The notes beneath the pieces were generated by a model that was not told the origin of the DNA, did no database searches, and saw only the letters and a list, made by a program, of their open reading frames with translations. 64,000 nt of DNA, taken from NCBI GenBank assembly GCA_002505405.1, contig DAVD01000046.1, forward strand, positions 39,534 through 103,533, read 5' to 3'. A program made the position numbers and the translations under genes. Positions within the stretch are counted from its first letter, which is position 1, and every line of letters begins with the position of its first letter. Positions 19,297-27,737 of this stretch are shown piece after piece. The stretch is from Candidatus Poseidonia alphae (lineage in GTDB: Archaea; Thermoplasmatota; Poseidoniia; Poseidoniales; Poseidoniaceae).

Positions 19297-19755
19297 TCAC
19301 TCAACCATGAGGCGGAGTTCGTCTCGCTTGTAGCGCCAGTCACTTGGGAGGCGACTTTCGCCTTTGTAGTAGTTGGCCAAGCGGCGAATCTTGGATTCTG
19401 TGATCTCCAAGGCTCGCTTGTTGTGAATGTCTTTGTGGTTTCCAGAACCAAGGTGGTTGATGATGGCGACAGCCTGGCGCATGAGGTTCATCATATCCTC
19501 GGGGTAGCTACTGGTCATGTCGTTTTCTTTGAGGACTTGGCCGATGCGCATTCCAAGGACCAAACGGACGTCGGGAACGGCGTGCTTGTCCCGTAGAATT
19601 GTACCAATTTCTGCTGTGGACTTACCGGACTTGGCAAGGTCAAGAATGAGGGATGTAACGGCTGATTTGTCCGTATTGGACCAATCAGGAGCTTCGTTTA
19701 CATGGGGTCGGGAGGAGCCACTTTGGCCTTTACGGGACTTGAACATTCGTGCCAT
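19297..19755 (-). CDS. rps15: 30S ribosomal protein S15 (uS15, archaeal S15P/S13e type)
   Basis: MARMFKSRKGQSGSSRP..., AEIGTILRDKHAVPDV and HNKRALEITESKIRRLANYYK are typical of the archaeal S15 N-terminal extension plus the S15 core. GGTGAT lies 5 nt upstream of the ATG. Confidence 0.95.
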   Translation of the reverse strand: MARMFKSRKGQSGSSRPHVNEAPDWSNTDKSAVTSLILDLAKSGKSTAEIGTILRDKHAVPDVRLVLGMRIGQVLKENDMTSSYPEDMMNLMRQAVAIINHLGSGNHKDIHNKRALEITESKIRRLANYYKGESRLPSDWRYKRDELRLMVE

Positions 19756-19839
19756 TTACAATCACCAAGCGGCCTTCCGACTAATCTCCCCTTCTTAACC
19801 ACTCCGCAACACCATGGCGCAGAACCTTGTCATGAAGGC

Positions 19840-21612
19840 TTATTTTTTGCGTTGGTGAGACTTTGCAAGTGTGCCGGGAGTACCCTTCCATTCCCATCCT
19901 GCGGCAACTGCCCGAGCAAGTCCCAGAACCTTCTCATCCTGGACGACAAGGAGGTCGTCCCCTTGACGAATACTCGGATCATATGCAGCAACCATGTGGG
20001 AAAATACATCCCCTTTCCATGTGAGACCGCTCTTGATTTCAATTTTAGGCAAGGCATCATGTTCAAAGAGGAGGTCGATGGAGGATTTAGAGAATGAAAA
20101 CCCATTGCGATCAATGGACCATACCGCAACTTGTACGCCCTCTTGTTCCAAACGCCAGCGAGGGACCTTACCTCGTACAGCCACACCCTTGAGCCATTCA
20201 TCACTGCGCATGTTTTTTCGAGCAATGCTCATGTAATTTGCACGAAGCCGAAGCGAATTCTTTTGGTTGCGTAGTTCATAGGTTAGGACGGCATCCTTGA
20301 CGGCCAATTTCAAATCGTTCAAGGCATCATGGGAACCGGCTCCACGACCTTGTCGTGTTTCAACCACTTCGCATTCAAGGAATGAGAGGTCCATATCGGT
20401 GTGGTTGATGACCCGTTTGTAGCCGGTCCGTTCAACAAGATTGCGAAGCATTCGTTCAACACGGGCCAATTCATCACGATTCCAATCTCCTGTGACTGGA
20501 ACGTCATATTGTGAGGCAGGCCATACATCCTCGAGGTCCCGGGGTACCAACCCTAACGGCGAGGTCATCATGACTTCATGACATGCTGTTGACTGAATGG
20601 CCTGTATGAATCGGCTGTGAGAACGAGAAAGACGGTACGGCTTACGTGCTGAACACGGAAGCAGAATCATGACTTCACGGACTTCGGAAGGCGTTTCGTA
20701 TTGTGTTGTCATAAAACGTTCCCAATCCGTCACAAGCGGTTCTTCAAGCATGGTCGTCGAATAACATGGGAAACGCACATCGCGAGACACGTGTGAAGAA
20801 AGAAGCCCTTTGACCTTTGACGCAGCTTGGTCATGATACCTGAGGTGCTCCACGAGCCGAGGGCTGGAGAGCGACTGGCGTTCAACGAGAGTACGTAAGG
20901 TCCCGGTTTGAAGGGCTGAACGAACCTCGTCAAGAGACTGAAGCCAATGTCGGCTTTGGGCCTCCATGTCAGCAGTTTCATGCCCCAAAGGATAGCGTGG
21001 CCCTTGTACTGTTAACAGAACTCCAGAAGAAGATGCTTCGTGACTTCGACCCATGTCAAACAAATCCACTCCCATCCATGTCAGTACTGCTGCGTTGTCC
21101 GGTCCGCCTAAACCAGGTGTCCAAATCAATGCACCAGGGAATTGTTGTTTGAGAACCATGAGTGCATCAACCAATTTACCGGGTTGAGCCGCCAGTTGAA
21201 CCGCATCTGTAAGAACAACAATTTCTGGATTCAAGTCATCATCCATGAGCGATGAATCATGATTCATTCGCTGCCAGGAGACCGGAAGCAGCGGGGAAGT
21301 TCCTTGTTCTTCTCCAGCATTAGCCTCCTCAAGAGATGGAGGGAGAACGTGTCCGATGTTCACATCATAGACCGGTGAATTGGCGCTGAAATCAGGTGGC
21401 GATAACGGGCACCGTGCTGTGAGTTGTAGGCGGGCGGGAAGTTCGTTTGTTTTTTGAGTTTCAAACGATGCATATGCGATGTCAAGCGAAGGGTCGCCCT
21501 CCATGAGCACAAGGCATGGCGTGGTACTTGCTGGTGCCTTTCGGTCACCTAAGCCCCATATCCGAGCAAATCGAAGCCGGTGAAGGACTGTGCGTGCAAG
21601 AGGGCCCGTCAT
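19840..21612 (-). CDS. arcS: Archaeosine synthase ArcS (TGT-like domain + DUF5591 + PUA)
   Basis: A TGT-like region is present (IWTPGLGGPDNAAVLTWMGVDLFDM). The ArcS signature PC-x3-KPY-x2-S-x2-H appears as LLPCSARKPYRLSRSH (about 20620-20670). A C-terminal PUA-like region follows (IRQGDDLLVVQDEKVLGLARA). The track ORF extends to 21882, but its first roughly 90 codons overlap the divergent gene. The ATG at 21612 (MTGPLART) gives about 590 aa, a typical ArcS length. Confidence 0.85.
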   Translation of the reverse strand: MTGPLARTVLHRLRFARIWGLGDRKAPASTTPCLVLMEGDPSLDIAYASFETQKTNELPARLQLTARCPLSPPDFSANSPVYDVNIGHVLPPSLEEANAGEEQGTSPLLPVSWQRMNHDSSLMDDDLNPEIVVLTDAVQLAAQPGKLVDALMVLKQQFPGALIWTPGLGGPDNAAVLTWMGVDLFDMGRSHEASSSGVLLTVQGPRYPLGHETADMEAQSRHWLQSLDEVRSALQTGTLRTLVERQSLSSPRLVEHLRYHDQAASKVKGLLSSHVSRDVRFPCYSTTMLEEPLVTDWERFMTTQYETPSEVREVMILLPCSARKPYRLSRSHSRFIQAIQSTACHEVMMTSPLGLVPRDLEDVWPASQYDVPVTGDWNRDELARVERMLRNLVERTGYKRVINHTDMDLSFLECEVVETRQGRGAGSHDALNDLKLAVKDAVLTYELRNQKNSLRLRANYMSIARKNMRSDEWLKGVAVRGKVPRWRLEQEGVQVAVWSIDRNGFSFSKSSIDLLFEHDALPKIEIKSGLTWKGDVFSHMVAAYDPSIRQGDDLLVVQDEKVLGLARAVAAGWEWKGTPGTLAKSHQRKK

Positions 21613-21697
21613 GGTACGGCGTGCCGCCTTTGCTTCTTCAAGGGTTTGAACAACATTTAGCAGTGAATTTGAAAGACTTCGCCGCTGCCCCAAAGCC

Positions 21698-23914
21698 ATG
21701 AGAAGAATGAGAACGCCATCGTTGGCCCTCTTCCTTGTGGTTCTTTTTGCCACGTCCACCCTCCCAGTCGTCGACGCTTCAAACCCTGAACCAACAATCC
21801 TTGAAGGGCGAATTTTTGTTGTCGCTTTGGACCAAAACACCTCATATGAAACTACAGTTGATCTTGATGAAAACAGTTTCATTCAACTTACGCTCATCTG
21901 CCGAGCATGCACAGCGAGTTTGACTGGAGACAACATGAACGCATCAGGAACCGAACGAATCGAATTGTTCTCTGTGAACACCACTTCAATCGCCCTGAAC
22001 ATTGTTACTACGGAAACAGAGACCGTTCAATTCACCCTCCACCACGATGTGATGGATTCCTTCCCTCATGTTAGACCGGGCCCGCCTGATGCCTCACCGC
22101 ATCATCCAATCGGCGTCTGTACCGATGCAGTGGCTTGCATGGATACGTTACGAGGAACGTTAGCTGCGGTCGTCGATGACAGCACCGACCTCGATGTGTT
22201 GCAATCCGGTGTTGTTAATTCAACAGCCGATGAATACATGTCGATTGATGTGAGCAACGGGGACACTCTGGAATGGCAGTGGCTCGACACCACTGAAGAA
22301 ACAACCGTAACCGTTTACTTCCAAAACATGACGGGTGAAATCATGTTTGAATCCACCCTATCAAGTACATCGGGACACACCGAACTTAACGGTTTGCCGC
22401 TGCCGGTGGAGTGGTGGACTGCACCGGATTACGGGCGATTTATCGTGCGGATATCAAGTCCAGTATTCCCTGCTATTTGGACTGCCCACGCCATGATCCA
22501 TACCAATGCCCCGACAACCCCGCTCATCGGTCAAGACCTTATTTATGGAGCAGAACTGCTCGGGCACGGGTCCACAATATCTGCTTTTGATTGGAATGAA
22601 ACCCAAGCCCTTGAACTTCACAGTCGCTTAGGCCAAATGACTCTACGTGTCGACCAACTGCTCAACGGGGCGTGGGTTACAGGTCAAACTGATACGTTGG
22701 AGAAAGGGGATTCAAGGACCATCTACCCCTACCCTGGAAACGTTGGGGGCCGAATCGTCATCAACGATGTTTCAGTGTTTTCACTGGAACTTCAAACCAA
22801 TGAATACTCGGATAACAATGCCGGGCTTGATGCACCCTCATACCTTCCCGCCTCACTCGACCTTGACAATACCTCATGGCCAGCCATCGAACTGACCGAA
22901 GCAAGTTCGGGAGAACTGACGTTGGCCGTCCATGACACCGTTGACACCTATCGGTTCGTCGTTGACGGGTGGGAAGATTCTGTTCACTTCATTCAATTTA
23001 CCATCACAGGGAATGTTTCAGAAATTGAAGCACAACTGTGGGATGTCGACCAAATGACATCAGAAGTCCTTGATACGGTCCCTTCAGTGGTATCGGGGGA
23101 CTCACTTCGAATCAGCATGCAAGTAGGAAGAGGAACACATTATCTTCAAATCCGAGCCATCAACTCTAGCAATGTCACCCAACATGCATGGGGGAGCGAG
23201 GTCCCATCAATTGACTACACGCTCTCGCCCAGTTATTCCTTAATTGATGAAGGAGAAGAGCCTTGGTTCCCTCCAAGCGAAGATGCTGTGTTTTGGGGTG
23301 GAGTTGCTCGGTGGGTTCTGGGAACTGCGTTCCTCATCCCAGTTGTATACCTTCTAGCACATCTCCAGCGGAGCCGTAACTATGGCCGAGAGATCTTTTC
23401 CAAGAAAGAACGACTTGAATGGTACAGAACACGATTGGATTCTGGCGAAGCAAATGTTACCGCTTCCCAGAAAGACCTGGTGCGATCGCTTCATGCTGTT
23501 GCACAACTCGAATGGAACGATGGATTGAACACATGGGGTAAGCCATCACTCCACCACCGAACCGAAGGTTTGGATCTCGCAGTTTGGAGAATTGATCGGC
23601 GAATGGCCAAGACACCCGGGACTTGGCCTCTGGTGCTCGGGGTTCACGTCCTCGAAGGTGAATGGGACCTTGCGGCGATTCGTTTCGATGCCCCCGGTGG
23701 CGCAGCTTACACGATACGTAACGTTGAGCCGAGGTTCTTATTCCAGGGAGAAGAAGTCTTCCTTGACACCCTCAAACAGGGACATCGTATGTTCCTCATG
23801 GTCGAATTGGAAGGAGATGCGCCCGCAGTTGATATTGAACTCAACGGTCGAATGAACACCATACCCTTTGCATCCCGAATCCCTACGACCTTCACTCGAG
23901 ATGAAGAGGAATGA
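21698..23914 (+). CDS. Type I membrane protein with a roughly 540-aa ectodomain and a roughly 170-aa cytoplasmic domain of unknown function
   Basis: A signal peptide (MRTPSLALFLVVLFATSTLPVVDA/SNPEP) and a single TM helix (VARWVLGTAFLIPVVYLLAHL) are present. There are no recognisable catalytic motifs. Confidence 0.65.
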   Translation: MRRMRTPSLALFLVVLFATSTLPVVDASNPEPTILEGRIFVVALDQNTSYETTVDLDENSFIQLTLICRACTASLTGDNMNASGTERIELFSVNTTSIALNIVTTETETVQFTLHHDVMDSFPHVRPGPPDASPHHPIGVCTDAVACMDTLRGTLAAVVDDSTDLDVLQSGVVNSTADEYMSIDVSNGDTLEWQWLDTTEETTVTVYFQNMTGEIMFESTLSSTSGHTELNGLPLPVEWWTAPDYGRFIVRISSPVFPAIWTAHAMIHTNAPTTPLIGQDLIYGAELLGHGSTISAFDWNETQALELHSRLGQMTLRVDQLLNGAWVTGQTDTLEKGDSRTIYPYPGNVGGRIVINDVSVFSLELQTNEYSDNNAGLDAPSYLPASLDLDNTSWPAIELTEASSGELTLAVHDTVDTYRFVVDGWEDSVHFIQFTITGNVSEIEAQLWDVDQMTSEVLDTVPSVVSGDSLRISMQVGRGTHYLQIRAINSSNVTQHAWGSEVPSIDYTLSPSYSLIDEGEEPWFPPSEDAVFWGGVARWVLGTAFLIPVVYLLAHLQRSRNYGREIFSKKERLEWYRTRLDSGEANVTASQKDLVRSLHAVAQLEWNDGLNTWGKPSLHHRTEGLDLAVWRIDRRMAKTPGTWPLVLGVHVLEGEWDLAAIRFDAPGGAAYTIRNVEPRFLFQGEEVFLDTLKQGHRMFLMVELEGDAPAVDIELNGRMNTIPFASRIPTTFTRDEEE

Positions 23915-23915
23915 A

Positions 23916-25046
23916 TCAAGACCGAGTCCTTCGGTCAATTGCATCATCGAGAATGCTTTGTGTAACATCCTTTGGTGAGAGGCTTTCTTTGAGTGCAGCG
24001 AGGGCTTTCTTGGTAGCCTTGGGTAATTTCTTGGGCATGTGAAGTTTGAGAAGAACGATCACGTCACCACGCCCAGAGCCTCGCTGACGCGGCAATCCAC
24101 GCTTACTCACGGTGATGGTTTCTCCCGAATTGGACATTGCTGGTATTTTGATGTCCAATGTTTTGCCGTCCATATGATCAATAGAAACCGTGGTTCCGGA
24201 CACCATGTCCGTGTATCCAAGAGGAAGCGACATAATCAAATCCGAACCGCTCCGTTCAAACCAAGGGTGTTGTTCAATCTCAAGTTCAATGAACAGATCT
24301 CCAGGCTGTCCCTGGCCATGAGGGGCGGGTTCACCGTTCCCACGCATGCGAAGGCGAGTGCCATCTTCAGCACCGAGTGGAACACTGAAGCGAAGCGTCT
24401 TGCTCTTCATATCTTGGCCTGAGCCACTGCAATCCCCACATGGATTGTCGCTGATGTTGCCTCGTCCCGAACATTCGTCGCATGGTTGGACCGATTGTTG
24501 AATGAACGGGCCGACTTGTTGACGAACACGGACTTGACCTTGTCCACCGCAGCGTTGACATGAACTCATTTCTCCGTCCATCGCCCCTGTCCCATCGCAT
24601 GAACCACAGGCTTCGGGCAAATCGATGACGACCTCTTTTTCGGATTGGTTGAGAACGTCTTTGAGGTCAATCGAATGGCGGATAAGAATGTCGCTCCCTC
24701 GGCGTTCACGCCTTCTGCCTCTGCCCCCTCCACCAAACATGTTCGAGAAGAAATCTCCACCGAGCAAGTCTTCGAGATTGATATTGAACCCTCCGCCACC
24801 AAATCCGCCGAACGGGTTACCCTGTGGACTGTCATGACCAAAACGGTCGTATTGGGCTCGTTTCTGTTGGTCTGAAAGTACAGCGTATGCTTCTTGAAGT
24901 TCTTTGAAACGGTCCTCGGCATCCTCTTCAGTACTGCGGTCAGGATGGTATTTCCTCGCCAGTCGCCTGAATGCGTTTTTGAGGTCGCTTTCGCTTGCAG
25001 AACGTTCAACGCCCAAGACATCGTAATAGTCTCGTTTGTCAGCCAT
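23916..25046 (-). CDS. dnaJ: Molecular chaperone DnaJ (Hsp40, type I)
   Basis: J domain: KRDYYDVLGVERSASESDLKNAFRRLARKYHPD. A G/F-rich linker follows (GGFGGGGFN...FGGGGRG), then four CxxCxGxG zinc-finger repeats (CGSCDGTG, CQRCGGQG, CDECSGRG, CGDCSGSG). The likely start is MADKRDYY at 25046; the track ORF starts at 25064. Confidence 0.93.
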   Translation of the reverse strand: MADKRDYYDVLGVERSASESDLKNAFRRLARKYHPDRSTEEDAEDRFKELQEAYAVLSDQQKRAQYDRFGHDSPQGNPFGGFGGGGFNINLEDLLGGDFFSNMFGGGGRGRRRERRGSDILIRHSIDLKDVLNQSEKEVVIDLPEACGSCDGTGAMDGEMSSCQRCGGQGQVRVRQQVGPFIQQSVQPCDECSGRGNISDNPCGDCSGSGQDMKSKTLRFSVPLGAEDGTRLRMRGNGEPAPHGQGQPGDLFIELEIEQHPWFERSGSDLIMSLPLGYTDMVSGTTVSIDHMDGKTLDIKIPAMSNSGETITVSKRGLPRQRGSGRGDVIVLLKLHMPKKLPKATKKALAALKESLSPKDVTQSILDDAIDRRTRS

Positions 25047-25103
25047 AGCCTCGCCCCAACCCATGACGAGAACAGGACACCTTTGAATCTCACGGAACAG
25101 GTC

Positions 25104-26072
25104 TCAAAGATCTAACCCGCAGTTTGCGCAAAACCGTTCACCCGCGGTGACGGAAGAATTGCAACCTCTGCAGACCAAACCTGAAGTGGTTGCAGGACGG
25201 GATTGAACAACCGTAGTTCCGAGCATGGCCATGGATTCATACGATTCTGATGGACTCTTTATTTGTGCCTGAGTTGTCGGTTCGCTGCTGTTTTTGAGTT
25301 CCTTACCTGACGAACTGATAACGGTCTTAACGCCTCCAGAATCACTGTAACTGGTCATGTTAACTTCCACGTCATCCCGTGGACCTTCAATTCGGAGGGG
25401 CGCAACTGGACGTTGAGCTGTTACCGGTGATGAAGCGGCTGCCGCTGCAAGCCGATTTCTTCTTTGCTCTTCTCGTTCCGCTCGTGCATCTCTACCGAAC
25501 AGCGAGGAAATAAAATCAAAGATACGATCCATCGGAGTTGGTTTTCGAACGGCTCCAATCGTCCCTGTGATTTGCTCATCGTCAAATGAATTCTGGCCGC
25601 TCACTCTGGCGTTAGCCTTGACGATATGTCTGGCTTCATTGAGCATGCTGACTTCGATTTGGTTGTCTTCGGGGACCTGCATCTCAGGGGCCTCTTTGGA
25701 AAGATTCGAAACGGGCTGAGATAATCCAGCTTTTGTGACATTGTCCATTGTTGAATCCAGTTCGACTTGAGTGTTCCAAACACCACGCTCTTCTGCCTCA
25801 TAGACGTGCTTAATCTTTTTCATTGCCTTAACACGGTTGTATTCAAAATCCTTGACCACCCGAGTTTTTCTGAAAACAATAAGGCCGAGAAGGAGGGAAA
25901 AAACGTACCACCCATACATAATTCGAGGTTCAAGTTCAAACATTGCACGAAGCGGTGGAATGGAAAAATGGCAGGCTCCCATGATCAAGAGGGGCAACAA
26001 TGCCAAACCTCGGGAAGTGAAACTGCGTGGAGGTCCCATGTGATTCAAATTCCTGTCGGCTGCTGTATTCAA
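25104..26072 (-). CDS. Membrane protein (two N-terminal TM helices) with a C-terminal zinc ribbon
   Basis: TM segments are LALLPLLIMGACHF and YGWYVFSLLLGLIVF. A long low-complexity linker follows. The C-terminus is CRGCNSSVTAGERFCANCG. Confidence 0.55.
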   Translation of the reverse strand: MNTAADRNLNHMGPPRSFTSRGLALLPLLIMGACHFSIPPLRAMFELEPRIMYGWYVFSLLLGLIVFRKTRVVKDFEYNRVKAMKKIKHVYEAEERGVWNTQVELDSTMDNVTKAGLSQPVSNLSKEAPEMQVPEDNQIEVSMLNEARHIVKANARVSGQNSFDDEQITGTIGAVRKPTPMDRIFDFISSLFGRDARAEREEQRRNRLAAAAASSPVTAQRPVAPLRIEGPRDDVEVNMTSYSDSGGVKTVISSSGKELKNSSEPTTQAQIKSPSESYESMAMLGTTVVQSRPATTSGLVCRGCNSSVTAGERFCANCGLDL

Positions 26073-26094
26073 GTATCTATGGGCTTGTTGCGCC

Positions 26095-27132
26095 TCATTT
26101 ACGGTCCTTCGGCGGCCTTCCTTTACGGACCAAACCGTCAGCGAGACCGAGGGTGAAACTTGTATGCAACATCACCAAACATAACGGAACGCCAAAAACC
26201 GAAGTCAACGAACCTGCACGAACGCTATGCCGAATTCCCTCAATCATAAGCACGACGGAGTATACTGGAATTGGAAGCCACCACAGCGCCTGTTCGCTAG
26301 CGAATAATCCAACCAAAAGGACCAACCCAAAGAAGGGCAAAAACTCTGCTAAACTCGCCCGCTTTGGATGTTTCAAGAGCACTTTCGTCCGCCAGAAACC
26401 ATAGCGATGGCCCATCCTCCACCATTGCTTCAGTGATGTTCGCTTCACCATACTAACCGTTGGTTCAGTGTCCCTGTAAAGTGAAAAACCGGCATTGAGA
26501 AGGCGCATGGAAAGCTCACTGTCTTGACTGGTGATGAAGCTCTCATCCCAGCCGTTGACTGCTTCAACGCTGGTGCGGCGATGCATAACGAAGGCTGGTA
26601 TCCGAGTTGGTCCGTTTTCTGTAAATTGACTGAACTGACCATCGCTATGACCAAGAGGGGAGGAAAGGCAACCCTCAATCCACTGTTCCACGCCCTGCAT
26701 TTCTCCTTGGCGACGAACAACCCTACAACCGACACCGGCTAGGGTTGGACCTGCTTTTTGCTCGCATGTATTCCACGCATCAAGTCGCTGTTGAATGTGA
26801 GTGGGTTCTATGGTTGCATGTCCAATAAGTTCTATGATGAAATCGACCGAATCGGGAAGGTGTGAAAGTGCAAGGTTCCGGCCGTGGGCTACTGTTTTCC
26901 CCGGATTATGATGCAATTCAATCCGAGGTGTTGAGGAACCCTTGGCTTCTTCAATAAGATTTTTCACGAGCGAAACGGTTCCGTCGGTTGAGCCACCATC
27001 CATGACTAAAATCATGTGAGAGGTTTCAGGAACCGTCTGTTCGAGAAGGCCGTTTAAACACGCCTCAATATGCAATGCTTCGTTGAGTACTGGAATTACC
27101 GTGGCGATTATGGGGCCAGCGGATGTGTCCAT
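26095..27132 (-). CDS. Family 2 glycosyltransferase with C-terminal TM segments
   Basis: IATVIPVLNEALHIEACLNGLLEQT...VMDGGSTDGT is a GT-A N-terminal signature. The C-terminus is hydrophobic (LAEFLPFFGLVLLVGLFA, LWWLPIPVYSVVLMI, VFGVPLCLVMLH). Confidence 0.85.
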   Translation of the reverse strand: MDTSAGPIIATVIPVLNEALHIEACLNGLLEQTVPETSHMILVMDGGSTDGTVSLVKNLIEEAKGSSTPRIELHHNPGKTVAHGRNLALSHLPDSVDFIIELIGHATIEPTHIQQRLDAWNTCEQKAGPTLAGVGCRVVRRQGEMQGVEQWIEGCLSSPLGHSDGQFSQFTENGPTRIPAFVMHRRTSVEAVNGWDESFITSQDSELSMRLLNAGFSLYRDTEPTVSMVKRTSLKQWWRMGHRYGFWRTKVLLKHPKRASLAEFLPFFGLVLLVGLFASEQALWWLPIPVYSVVLMIEGIRHSVRAGSLTSVFGVPLCLVMLHTSFTLGLADGLVRKGRPPKDRK

Positions 27133-27221
27133 AACCGCTGGAACTCTGCATAGATTTTCACACTTCGCCTTCTAATGGACCTCCACAGCATCTTCTTGAA
27201 GGCCGAACCACTCGCCCGCAC

Positions 27222-27737
27222 ATGGATGGGCCAAGACTCCGGCTAACCGGTATCGGAGAAGGACTCAGCACCACGGTAATGACCGTATTATCTGGGGCTG
27301 ACTCTCCGAAAAAAGTCATGCAAGCCGTTCATTCATTTTTCCCGGAGGCGAAGGTTGAGACAATGCCAGATGAGCCTTCGTTCGGGTCTGCCGTTGATGC
27401 ATTGTGGTCTTTTGAGGGCCTCCCCATGCAAACTTTTCTAGCCGCCTTACACGAGCAACGAATCCTTGACACTGCTCTTGATTTCATGAGTCGTAATATC
27501 GTAGAGGAGCACACAGAATTTACCATTTCACGACAGGCTGCTGTTGTCGAGAAAGTGTCCTTCCCGATACCGGGCAAGGAACCGGTTGGTGGAGTGATCA
27601 CCGTCCGACTCGAAGGTTCTGGTTTGAAAGAATGGCTCGAGGCAGCAACCTGGCACAACGGTCGTGCGCAGGTTCCACGAACAATCAACGATGAACGCTC
27701 CATGCTTGACGATGGAGAGGCATCAACGTGGCTTTGA
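27222..27737 (+). CDS. UPF0201 / COG1931-like predicted RNA-binding protein
   Basis: The pattern matches my recollection of the family: EQRILDTALDFM, FTISRQAAVVEKVSF, GGVITVRLEG, EWLEAATW. Length is 171 aa. This is recognition from memory, not a search. Confidence 0.55.
   Translation: MDGPRLRLTGIGEGLSTTVMTVLSGADSPKKVMQAVHSFFPEAKVETMPDEPSFGSAVDALWSFEGLPMQTFLAALHEQRILDTALDFMSRNIVEEHTEFTISRQAAVVEKVSFPIPGKEPVGGVITVRLEGSGLKEWLEAATWHNGRAQVPRTINDERSMLDDGEASTWL

Noticed and set aside
21613-21882. N-terminal 90-codon extension of the arcS ORF. Similar extensions occur at 28770-29027 for the Pcp-Nudix ORF and 10292-10423 for the small ORF.
   Set aside because: The extensions overlap divergent neighbouring genes, have atypical basic, low-complexity sequence and precede the first conserved domain residues. 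Internal ATGs give lengths typical of the families. These remain alternatives, not disproven.
24566-25093. 175-aa minus-strand ORF overlapping the 5' half of dnaJ in another frame
   Set aside because: The dnaJ frame carries the complete J domain, G/F linker and Zn-finger motifs. The alternative frame has none.
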